64,000 nt of DNA, from NCBI GenBank assembly GCA_944358415.1, contig CALVRA010000003.1, forward strand, positions 17,790 to 81,789, read 5' to 3'. A program made the translations under genes and the position numbers. Below the pieces are notes generated by a model that did not search any database, was not told where the DNA came from, and saw nothing but the letters and a program-made list of their open reading frames with translations. Every line of letters starts with the position of its first letter. Position 1 is the stretch's first letter. Of this stretch, positions 19,692 through 27,369 are shown in pieces. This stretch comes from an uncultured Bacilli bacterium (lineage in GTDB: Bacteria; Bacillota_I; Bacilli_A; RF39; UBA660).

Positions 19692-20585
19692 TTACTTTTT
19701 CTCTTTAAACATTTCGGAAATGGTTGTACCTAACGTAGCTAAATCTTGCAGATTAGATGGAACGATTATTTTTGTGGCTTGTCCATTAGCCATTTTAGCT
19801 AAGGCATCAAAACTTCTTAGGGTTAATACTGATTGATCTGCACCAGCTTCTTTTAAGTTTTTAATGGCTTCGGCTTCAGCTTGGCTTCTTTTTAATATGG
19901 CTTCAGCTTCACCTTCAGCTCTTTTTATTTGAGCTTCTTTGGCAGCTTCAGCTTGCAAGATTAAACTTTCTTTATTACCTTCCGCAATTAGGACACTTGA
20001 TTTCTTTTCACCTTCGGCTTGTAGAATTTTTTCTCTTCTTTCTCTTTCGGCTCTCATTTGTTTTTCCATAGCATCTTGAATATCACGAGGTGGCAAAATA
20101 TTTTTAACTTCGACACGGTTGATTTTAATACCCCATGGATTAGTAGCTTCATCTAAGATTGATCTCATTTTAGAGTTAATAATATCTCTAGATGTTAGAG
20201 TTTGATCTAGTTCAAGCTCGCCTATTATATTTCTTAGAGTTGTAGCAGTTAAGTTTTCAATGGCTCTTACTGGGCTTTCAACTCCGTAGGTATATAATTT
20301 AGGGTCAGTTATTTGGTAATACACAACTGTATCAATTTGCATTGTTACATTATCTTTAGTAATAACAGGCTGTGGTGGGAAATCTTTAACTTTTTCTTTT
20401 AGACTTATGGCTCCTACTCCAGCAAATCTATCGATGAATGGAATTTTAAAATGAAGTCCATTAGTCCATGTTGTATAATATGAACCTAATCTTTCAATGA
20501 TATAGCACATTGATTGTGGTACTATTTTGACATTTGGTATAATAATAACTAAAACTATAACTAAAATAACAATTAATACTGACAT
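19692..20585 (-). CDS. SPFH/band 7 (stomatin-like) protein
   Basis: N-terminal TM, SPFH body (TKDNVTMQIDTVVYYQI), and an A/E-rich C-terminal coiled coil. Confidence 0.9.
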   Translation of the reverse strand: MSVLIVILVIVLVIIIPNVKIVPQSMCYIIERLGSYYTTWTNGLHFKIPFIDRFAGVGAISLKEKVKDFPPQPVITKDNVTMQIDTVVYYQITDPKLYTYGVESPVRAIENLTATTLRNIIGELELDQTLTSRDIINSKMRSILDEATNPWGIKINRVEVKNILPPRDIQDAMEKQMRAERERREKILQAEGEKKSSVLIAEGNKESLILQAEAAKEAQIKRAEGEAEAILKRSQAEAEAIKNLKEAGADQSVLTLRSFDALAKMANGQATKIIVPSNLQDLATLGTTISEMFKEKK

Positions 20586-20588
20586 TTT

Positions 20589-21014
20589 TTACTCTCCAAT
20601 CTTTTCAACTTTTATTTTTACCCCTTTTATTTCTAACACTTTAACTGAGTCACCTTTTTTTATTGGCTTATCTGCATAAGCGGTCCAAGCTTTACCGTCA
20701 ACTTTAACTTCACCATCTTCATTTTTGTTTATTTTTTCAGTAACAATACCTGTCATTCCTATGATTCTATCGAGATTCGTTTTAACTTTGCATTGTTTGA
20801 TGAATTTTGTTAGAAATGGTTTGGTGGTAATTAATAATATGACACCTACTATGACGAAAATACCAAACTGAAGTATATAATTATCGACAAATAGTGATAC
20901 TATTAGAGCTAATATACCGCTGGCGACAAACCATATTGTGGTTAAATTGATAGTCGTAATTTCAATTAAAGTAAGTAAAATAACAATAATTAACCATACT
21001 ACCCATTGTTCCAA
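20589..21014 (-). CDS. NfeD family membrane protein
   Basis: Three TM helices plus a C-terminal OB domain (GEVKVDGKAWTAYAD..I.KGD.V.V). It sits upstream of the SPFH partner. Confidence 0.85.
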   Translation of the reverse strand: MEQWVVWLIIVILLTLIEITTINLTTIWFVASGILALIVSLFVDNYILQFGIFVIVGVILLITTKPFLTKFIKQCKVKTNLDRIIGMTGIVTEKINKNEDGEVKVDGKAWTAYADKPIKKGDSVKVLEIKGVKIKVEKIGE

Positions 21015-21121
21015 GTTTATCCCCTCCTACTTCTATAGTATAGCATAGGGCTAGAATAAAAGTCAAAGCTTTTAGTTAGTGATTTTTCTTTTAATCTAGC
21101 TTATATATTATATTATTTTTA

Positions 21122-21151
21122 TAGAAAAAGCACCATTATTTTTGGTGCTTT
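21122..21151 (-). terminator. rho-independent terminator
   Basis: The minus strand reads AAAGCACC-AAAAATAAT-GGTGCTTT followed by TTCTAT, just after the stop at 21159. Confidence 0.6.
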
Positions 21152-21158
21152 GTTTGAA

Positions 21159-22604
21159 TTATCTATGTCTATGTTTTGTGGTTGTAGATGGAACAGAATT
21201 TACAAAATCATCAAATTGGCTATATAGTTCTTGTCTTTCTTGATTTTTTGTTTCATCAGGCATATCACTATTATTAATTTCTCTTTCTGCTTGGACAAAA
21301 GCATCCGTGGTGTTATTTATGTAATTATTTTTCCAATTGGTGATTTGGCTTTCTTCGTGCTTTTCATTATCAAAGTCAGAAAGTTCATCAGCTAATGAAT
21401 GAGTTTCAGGTTTGGTTTCTTGTGGGATAATTTCTTTTTCTGAAACTTTTTTATCTTTATTTAAGGTTAAATTGTTGATGGCTTTGGCAACTTTAGCCAT
21501 CTGTTGTTGTTTTTTTATACGTTCTTCTTCTTCTTTTAAAATTTCTTCTACACGTTTTTTTGTAGCAGTAGTTTTATTATCTTTTTGTGGCTTTTCAGTT
21601 ACATTTGCCATTTTTGGAGTTTGTGGCATAATAATTTCATCCATTTCTCCAATTTTATCTTTTGCTCTTTCACTATCTTTTTCTAATACATCTACATTAG
21701 CAGTAGCAGTTTTATTGGCTTCATTAAGTTGTTTATTTTCATTTCTTAATCTAGCAATCTCTTTATTATATTTAGTGATGCTGCCTTTATTTGCTTTTAT
21801 GTTGTTTTTCCTTGCTTCAATTTCTTGTTTCAACTGATCAATTTGTTTTCTTCTCTTTTCTTCCTCAGCTTGAGTAATTCTCTTTATTGTTTTTGCTTGG
21901 TCTAATTTAATTGCACTAAAATCTTTAGCGTCAAGCATTTCTCCTTGTTCGATTTTCTTTTCTCTTTCTTCATCAGAGAATGAATGATAATAATCTTTCC
22001 AAGTGGCAAATTTAATAAGATTTCCATATTGATTTCTAGATTCTTCTAATAATTCGTTATCTGATTTTTCTATAGCTTTTGGCTTTTGGTGATAATCAGG
22101 TATATGAATATCTAAATCTATTGGAGTAATAACAGGTTTTTCCTCTTGTTTTTCTTCAGTTTTTTGACTAGCGAATAATTTCTTGCCAGGAAGTGTTTTC
22201 TTAGGTTTGATGTCTTTGGTTTCTACCTTTTCAACTTTTTCAGGAGTTTCTACTTTTGGAACATCAAAAATTGCTGGTGTGAAGCCTGTTTCATTAGTTT
22301 TTTCACTATCATATTGTTTGGCTTCAGATGCTTGAACAGGTTCTTCTTTCTTTGACATTTCTTTTTGTGGAGCAGGCATATTAATAGGTTCGATAATACC
22401 TTCCATAATACTTGTATTTTCATTTTTTGTTTCTTTATTTAATTTTTCTGTAACGAATTTTACACCTGGTATATAAGATACAACTTTAGATGTACTTTTC
22501 AAGATCCTACCAAAAAATTTGCGTAATTTCCCTGCTTGTTTTTCGCTTGTTTTTACTAAGTGTTCACCAGTTTGGGTGAATTTTACTTCGTTTTCATTTG
22601 TCAT
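21159..22604 (-). CDS. hypothetical Lys/Glu-rich coiled-coil protein
   Basis: Long uninterrupted 481-aa ORF, 5 nt from the upstream DUF1292 gene. No enzymatic motif recognised. Confidence 0.6.
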   Translation of the reverse strand: MTNENEVKFTQTGEHLVKTSEKQAGKLRKFFGRILKSTSKVVSYIPGVKFVTEKLNKETKNENTSIMEGIIEPINMPAPQKEMSKKEEPVQASEAKQYDSEKTNETGFTPAIFDVPKVETPEKVEKVETKDIKPKKTLPGKKLFASQKTEEKQEEKPVITPIDLDIHIPDYHQKPKAIEKSDNELLEESRNQYGNLIKFATWKDYYHSFSDEEREKKIEQGEMLDAKDFSAIKLDQAKTIKRITQAEEEKRRKQIDQLKQEIEARKNNIKANKGSITKYNKEIARLRNENKQLNEANKTATANVDVLEKDSERAKDKIGEMDEIIMPQTPKMANVTEKPQKDNKTTATKKRVEEILKEEEERIKKQQQMAKVAKAINNLTLNKDKKVSEKEIIPQETKPETHSLADELSDFDNEKHEESQITNWKNNYINNTTDAFVQAEREINNSDMPDETKNQERQELYSQFDDFVNSVPSTTTKHRHR

Positions 22605-22609
22605 TCAAA

Positions 22610-22888
22610 TCACTCCTCGTTCCTAATAACTTCACGCATTACTTCTTTGACATCTTTCCAATCTTCTTCTGGCATTTTGTCTAATTTATATCCATTTTCA
22701 TCTTCGTTTAAAATTGATGCATGAATTGTTTCCATATTTTTATCATCGACTTCATTAAATGTATATAAAATATATTTTTTACCAGTTTTTTCTAGTTCAA
22801 AACATAGTAATACTTCAGCTTGAGCTTCTTCACCATTTGACTTTTTGACTTTAATTTTTTGTAGATTATCCATACAAAACCCCTCCAT
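22610..22888 (-). CDS. DUF1292 family protein
   Basis: Small acidic protein with a DUF1292-like pattern (E.E.LL.FE....KYILYTF....D......A.I......Y.L....EDW). Confidence 0.7.
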   Translation of the reverse strand: MEGFCMDNLQKIKVKKSNGEEAQAEVLLCFELEKTGKKYILYTFNEVDDKNMETIHASILNEDENGYKLDKMPEEDWKDVKEVMREVIRNEE

Positions 22889-23046
22889 TCTATTATTAAT
22901 TATAGCAGACGTTCTTTAGTTTGACAACTTATTTTGTAAACTACTTTACTTTTTTTGGACATTTTTATTTTGGATTATTATGCTTTATTTAATACCTATA
23001 ATATTATAAATTTAATGAAATAAAATTTTTGTCAATTTTTGACTTA

Positions 23047-23982
23047 TTAGTTATAAATGATTTTAGCTATACCATTACAATAAGTATTTATTAAATCAAT
23101 GATTTCACTTGCAACGTCAAGTAAATATTCCGTGCTGGTATCTTCATTACCTTCAATAATAATTAATATATTTTTAGTGTTTTCATCTACTATAGTGTTT
23201 TTATTTTGATCTATTTCTAATCTTTGAATTACTTGTATTTCATCTTTATATATATACTCTCCTATATTAACGTTTTTTTCTTCATTATTTTTATTAGTAT
23301 AGGTCTCAGACTTTTTTGTAATATTTAATGTTACATTTCCTTTTATCTTATCCTTATCATGGATAAAAATTGGGAGTCTTGAATCTAAAACAGTTATATT
23401 ATATAAATGAGTTAATTTATCTGCTTTAGTAAATTTTTCGCCTTTTAAAAAATGTTTTAATATTAATTCGCTGATTGGAGTATGTTTTCTTCTTTTTAAG
23501 CCTATTTTTTTATGAAGGCTATTAAATCCTCTTAATATTAAATCGTTTTCAATATCAAAATCTTTATATTTTTTTTGAAGAGCGATATAAGCATTATTTT
23601 TAAAGTTTATAAATTCTTGAGTTTCTGTTTTTACGTCAATATTTTCTATAGTTATGGCAATTATTTTTAAGCCTAAATTTAAAGTTTCACGGCTAGCTAT
23701 GAATTTCATAAACTCCTCCTTTATTTTATAAAAATTATATCGTTGTTTGATTAAAATTTCAAGTTGTTTAAATGAAAAAGAAGCATTTGCTTCGAATTTA
23801 TTATTTCCATTTTTTCTAGCAATAAGATCTTTCTTTTGCATTTCAATCATTCTTGTTTTAACTGTTCTTAAAGATTCATTAATCTTTTTAGATATTTCTT
23901 CTTGTTTAATATTAGGGTTAACTTTAATTACATTTATTATTGTTTGTTTTTCTAAAGCGCAATTTTTGCACTTTGAAATCAA
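23047..23982 (-). CDS. winged-HTH segment fused in frame to a B3/B4 (PheT-like tRNA-binding) domain protein
   Basis: The C-terminal ~220 aa starts MKFIASRETLNLGLKIIAITIENIDV and contains RGFNSLHKKIGL, typical of stand-alone B3/4 domain proteins. The N-terminal 91 aa looks like a wHTH. The track start is TTG. A strong internal AAGGAGGAG SD plus ATG is at 23709. Confidence 0.55.
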   Translation of the reverse strand: MISKCKNCALEKQTIINVIKVNPNIKQEEISKKINESLRTVKTRMIEMQKKDLIARKNGNNKFEANASFSFKQLEILIKQRYNFYKIKEEFMKFIASRETLNLGLKIIAITIENIDVKTETQEFINFKNNAYIALQKKYKDFDIENDLILRGFNSLHKKIGLKRRKHTPISELILKHFLKGEKFTKADKLTHLYNITVLDSRLPIFIHDKDKIKGNVTLNITKKSETYTNKNNEEKNVNIGEYIYKDEIQVIQRLEIDQNKNTIVDENTKNILIIIEGNEDTSTEYLLDVASEIIDLINTYCNGIAKIIYN

Positions 23983-24109
23983 AGAAATTGCACTTTGAAA
24001 TTATTTTAACTTTCCTGAACATATTTATCAAATTAATGGGTAAATGATGGGTAGCGTTCTACCAAGTTTGTCAAAAGCTATATAAACGAAAAATGGAGCC
24101 TTTTGGCTC

Positions 24110-24119
24110 CTTCAGGGGG
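24110..24119. repeat. att core copy 1 (CTTCAGGGGG), left junction of island A
   Basis: Identical 10-mer at 24110, 40317 and 52473. It is preceded by the hairpin GGAGCC-TTTT-GGCTCC (24095-24110). Confidence 0.75.
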
Positions 24120-24220
24120 GCCTGCTCTCTTCAGTTAGAAGAGACCGAATTGTATTAAACCCTTTAAATACGGGCCTTTTTATATTGGCATAAACCCTCA
24201 TTTACCGTGGTTTTTTAGTA

Positions 24221-24246
24221 TTTTTGTACCTAAATTGTACCTAAAA
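24221..24246 (+). repeat. arm-type repeat (2x GTACCTAAA), left end of island A
   Basis: 26/26 identical to 40216-40241. It lies about 100 bp inside the core. Confidence 0.7.
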
Positions 24247-24274
24247 AAAGAATTAGAACCTATTCTACTAACTC

Positions 24275-24667
24275 TTAAAATGAATACTTTTCTCCAAACA
24301 ATTTGCTTTCAACTATACACAATATAGCATACCCTAAAATAAATAGAAATGCTACTAAGTAAAGATTAGTTATAAATTTAGTTATCAATAAAAATAAGCC
24401 TGTTAATATTGCATAATTAATAAAGAATCCAAAACTTCCAATTGACTTTGCTCCACCATTATACCACGTGTGTGTTAAAGCATAAGCAAGAGGAATAAAA
24501 ATACCACCACATATCCAGTTAACAATTGTAGCCATATTAGGGTCTTTAACTATATTAGAAAATGGATTAGGAAAACAGAATTGTCTTATCAAATAGCTTG
24601 CTATGCTTACTAACCCTCTTCCATTGTAACTTTTACTTCTATATCTTCGACTCATTATGTGCATCAC
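24275..24667 (-). CDS. small membrane protein (3 predicted TM), third gene of the OLD-type operon
   Basis: Hydrophobic segments IVNWICGGIFIPLAYAL, FGFFINYAILTGLFLLI and LYLVAFLFILGYAILCIV. The start region overlaps the upstream stop (GTGATG). Confidence 0.6.
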   Translation of the reverse strand: MMHIMSRRYRSKSYNGRGLVSIASYLIRQFCFPNPFSNIVKDPNMATIVNWICGGIFIPLAYALTHTWYNGGAKSIGSFGFFINYAILTGLFLLITKFITNLYLVAFLFILGYAILCIVESKLFGEKYSF

Positions 24668-25908
24668 TCCTTATCAAGAAAATTAATAAATTTATTTATA
24701 TTCTTTTTATATGAAAAATATTGATCTGCAGAAAAAACTTTTGCCTCATTTGGTAACATTCCTTTATCTTCATACTCTTTTTTATTAATGTTAAAATGAT
24801 TTTCTAAATCCACATCAAATAATTTAACCTTTTTACTATATTTTTCTTTCAAATACAATGTTATACCATATGCTGTATTGTATCTTTTTGACTTTCCTTT
24901 ACACTTTTTATCACTATCTGTTATTATAATAATTTCTTTTCCTATCTTAGTAAATAATTCAGCAAAGAAAATCATAAAAGCTTTCCCATAGGTTACAAAG
25001 AAAAAATCATCATGTAATTGTTCAATATTCAGTTTTCTAATAATTCTATTCTCAGAGGCACCCTCAACTAAAATAATTCTTTTATAAAATAAGGCTCTAT
25101 AAAATTGTTCAGATTTCAGTGCATCATTCAAGTATAATTTAAACAATTTGTTATCTTCATAGTAATGCATTTTCATAGTTATTCCCTTATCAATATCTAA
25201 GTTTTTAGTCAGTATATATTTTTCAAAATCTTCAGTGCATGTTCTATACATTTTTTTTATATCTTTTAAAGATTGATATATAAGACTATTTTTATAATTA
25301 GATTCTTCAACATCAAACCATTTATTTATAAAAACTATGTTATCCATTGGTATTTTAAGTAAATTACACAAACTATAACTATGCGTAGCTACAACTAATT
25401 TAATATTTGCTTTTTTTAGCATTGAAAATAATACAGAAATTTTTCTTAGGCCTAAATCATCTAAAAAATTTTCTGGTTCATCAAAAAAAATAATTTTTAT
25501 AGGATTCATAAAAGTATTAAAAACTATGTTAAAAATATTAAAAACTTTTTCTTGCCCCTTTGATTTATTCTTTACTGAATTATAAAAATCAATTTCTTTC
25601 TTACAATAAGACAATAATTCTATTAATCTTTTATCAATTTTAACTACTTTTATTTCTTCTCTTTCTTTAGTTTCACCATAATATTTAGATTTTGGATATA
25701 GTAAATATTCATATGTTTCTAACTTAGGAATAGCATTACTACGAAACATTTTAACATCTAATGTGCCTTCTTCTGAAATATATATACTTTTACCTTCTGT
25801 AATATCTTGATACTCCTTCAAAGTATATGTTTTTCCACTACCATTTGATCCAATAAGAAACAAAGGATCATAACAATTATTATTTAAATATCTATTTATC
25901 ATTGCCAA
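24664..25908 (-). CDS. OLD-family nuclease (compact ABC-type ATPase fused to Toprim domain)
   Basis: Walker A GSNGSGKT, signature-like SKGQEK, Walker B IIFFDEPENFLD, H-loop VATHS. Toprim motifs ILVEGASE and IIITDSD. The likely ATG at 25902 overlaps the upstream stop. Confidence 0.8.
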   Translation of the reverse strand: MAMINRYLNNNCYDPLFLIGSNGSGKTYTLKEYQDITEGKSIYISEEGTLDVKMFRSNAIPKLETYEYLLYPKSKYYGETKEREEIKVVKIDKRLIELLSYCKKEIDFYNSVKNKSKGQEKVFNIFNIVFNTFMNPIKIIFFDEPENFLDDLGLRKISVLFSMLKKANIKLVVATHSYSLCNLLKIPMDNIVFINKWFDVEESNYKNSLIYQSLKDIKKMYRTCTEDFEKYILTKNLDIDKGITMKMHYYEDNKLFKLYLNDALKSEQFYRALFYKRIILVEGASENRIIRKLNIEQLHDDFFFVTYGKAFMIFFAELFTKIGKEIIIITDSDKKCKGKSKRYNTAYGITLYLKEKYSKKVKLFDVDLENHFNINKKEYEDKGMLPNEAKVFSADQYFSYKKNINKFINFLDKE

Positions 25909-27256
25909 TTACCTCCAGTAAGTTATAGCAAAAATAATCAAATAATTGTTTTAATTCCTCTACAGTTGGTTTATATTTATTATTCATTATTTTTTCTAAT
26001 GTAATAAAACCTCTTTCGTATTTATACAATTCATTAAACTCTACAGAAAAAAGTTTTAACAAATTATCTATCTTATCTTTTAATTCTTTTGATGTTCTAG
26101 GAAGATCTAAACTTAAACCAGACTCGAATGCTATATCAAAATAATTTTCAAACACTTTCTTACCAATTTTTTGATATGGATATTCATATTTATCATAGTC
26201 AAGCTTACAATTAAGTTGCCATTCAAACATAGCTTTTGAGATTATGCCCTTACATTTTTTCCTTACATTATACTGTTCCAGTTCTTTTTTTACTTCATAA
26301 GGAAGTTTATTAAATTCACCTTCCCAAAACACTACTCTATTTCCAACAAAATCTACTAACACTGAATCCTTTGTATGCATATCAATCATTGATAATTCAA
26401 TAAATATATATCTTTCCTTCAAGTATTTTAGGCATTTATTGTTGAATACTATTAATCCAGCATCCATATCATCATTCCAATTGCTTTCATCTATCTTCCT
26501 TATATTTCCATTTAATTGATTCGTTATAATATCTAAATTTCTATCCTTTGGAATCACAAAATCTATATCTATAGTACCTAGTAACCAAACAAAATCATCT
26601 CTTCCTTCTTTTGTTATTAGACATCCACTATCAACATATTTATCAAATTCTTTTATATTATTAATTTTATCTCTATATTCAAATTCAATTGATAGTTCAT
26701 ATTGAGGATAATGATTTTCTTCACTATTAACATAATCAGAAATTGATTCCTTTAAAAATAATATTTCATTATCTCCTTTTGAAACTAACACGGGCCATTC
26801 ATTTGTTGAAAATGTTACATTATAATAAACCAAATTAGCTACATTTTTTGTATCTTGTACTTTTTCATATATGTAAGAATTGTTATCATTGTATAAATAT
26901 GGATTCAATGTATATATACTATTTCTATAAAAATTTTTTTGTACAATTACATTGTAAATATAATTTCCAATATCATTTTTTTCACGATCATCAGAGCCAT
27001 CAATAAAGCCATATTGTAAGTTGCCTTTTAACCAAGTTTGATTAATTTCAATACCTTTTGGTCTTAGTATTAACTTGGCATAAAATTCACCATTGTAATC
27101 TTCCTTTTTTGTAGATAAAAATGATCCCTCTTTATATATTCCAGGAATGTAATTGTCAATATCATACGAATGATAAAAGTCTTTTATGCATTTTACAATT
27201 TCTTCAACATTGCTACATTTTCTAAGTTTTTCCAGCATATTTCTTCCTCCAATCAA
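25892..27256 (-). CDS. hypothetical protein, first gene of the OLD-type operon (no recognisable domain)
   Basis: ~448 aa from ATG 27238 (GGAGG 7 nt upstream). It is translationally coupled to the OLD gene. I recognise no motifs. Confidence 0.65.
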   Translation of the reverse strand: MIGGRNMLEKLRKCSNVEEIVKCIKDFYHSYDIDNYIPGIYKEGSFLSTKKEDYNGEFYAKLILRPKGIEINQTWLKGNLQYGFIDGSDDREKNDIGNYIYNVIVQKNFYRNSIYTLNPYLYNDNNSYIYEKVQDTKNVANLVYYNVTFSTNEWPVLVSKGDNEILFLKESISDYVNSEENHYPQYELSIEFEYRDKINNIKEFDKYVDSGCLITKEGRDDFVWLLGTIDIDFVIPKDRNLDIITNQLNGNIRKIDESNWNDDMDAGLIVFNNKCLKYLKERYIFIELSMIDMHTKDSVLVDFVGNRVVFWEGEFNKLPYEVKKELEQYNVRKKCKGIISKAMFEWQLNCKLDYDKYEYPYQKIGKKVFENYFDIAFESGLSLDLPRTSKELKDKIDNLLKLFSVEFNELYKYERGFITLEKIMNNKYKPTVEELKQLFDYFCYNLLEVIGNDK

Positions 27257-27294
27257 AAAAGAGTATATTCCATCTTAAAAATGAAACATACTCT
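27254..27294 (-). terminator. terminator-like hairpin in the leader of the OLD-type operon
   Basis: The minus strand reads AGAGTAT-N21-ATACTCT followed by T6. It lies between a TGTTATAAT extended -10 (27316-27308) and the SD (27250-27246). Confidence 0.45.
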
Positions 27295-27369
27295 ACTATC
27301 TAAATATATTATAACATCTTCAATCTTTATTTTAAACTGTTTTATACAACAATAACACAATTTAATCTA

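Noticed and set aside
24001-24260. A tRNA or tmRNA gene as the integration target
   Set aside because: No cloverleaf-compatible sequence, T-loop (GTTCRANYC) or CCA-proximal acceptor stem could be found on either strand around any of the core copies. The conserved feature is a simple hairpin plus T-run.
24664-27256. Calling the OLD-containing operon Gabija, PARIS, AbiL or a retron effector
   Set aside because: There is no UvrD/PcrA-like helicase partner (Gabija). There is no separate DUF4435/Toprim protein, because the Toprim is fused (PARIS, AbiL). No reverse transcriptase or msr/msd-like structure is nearby (retron). The partners are an unrecognised 450-aa protein and a small membrane protein. 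This rests on motif reading only and needs HMM confirmation.
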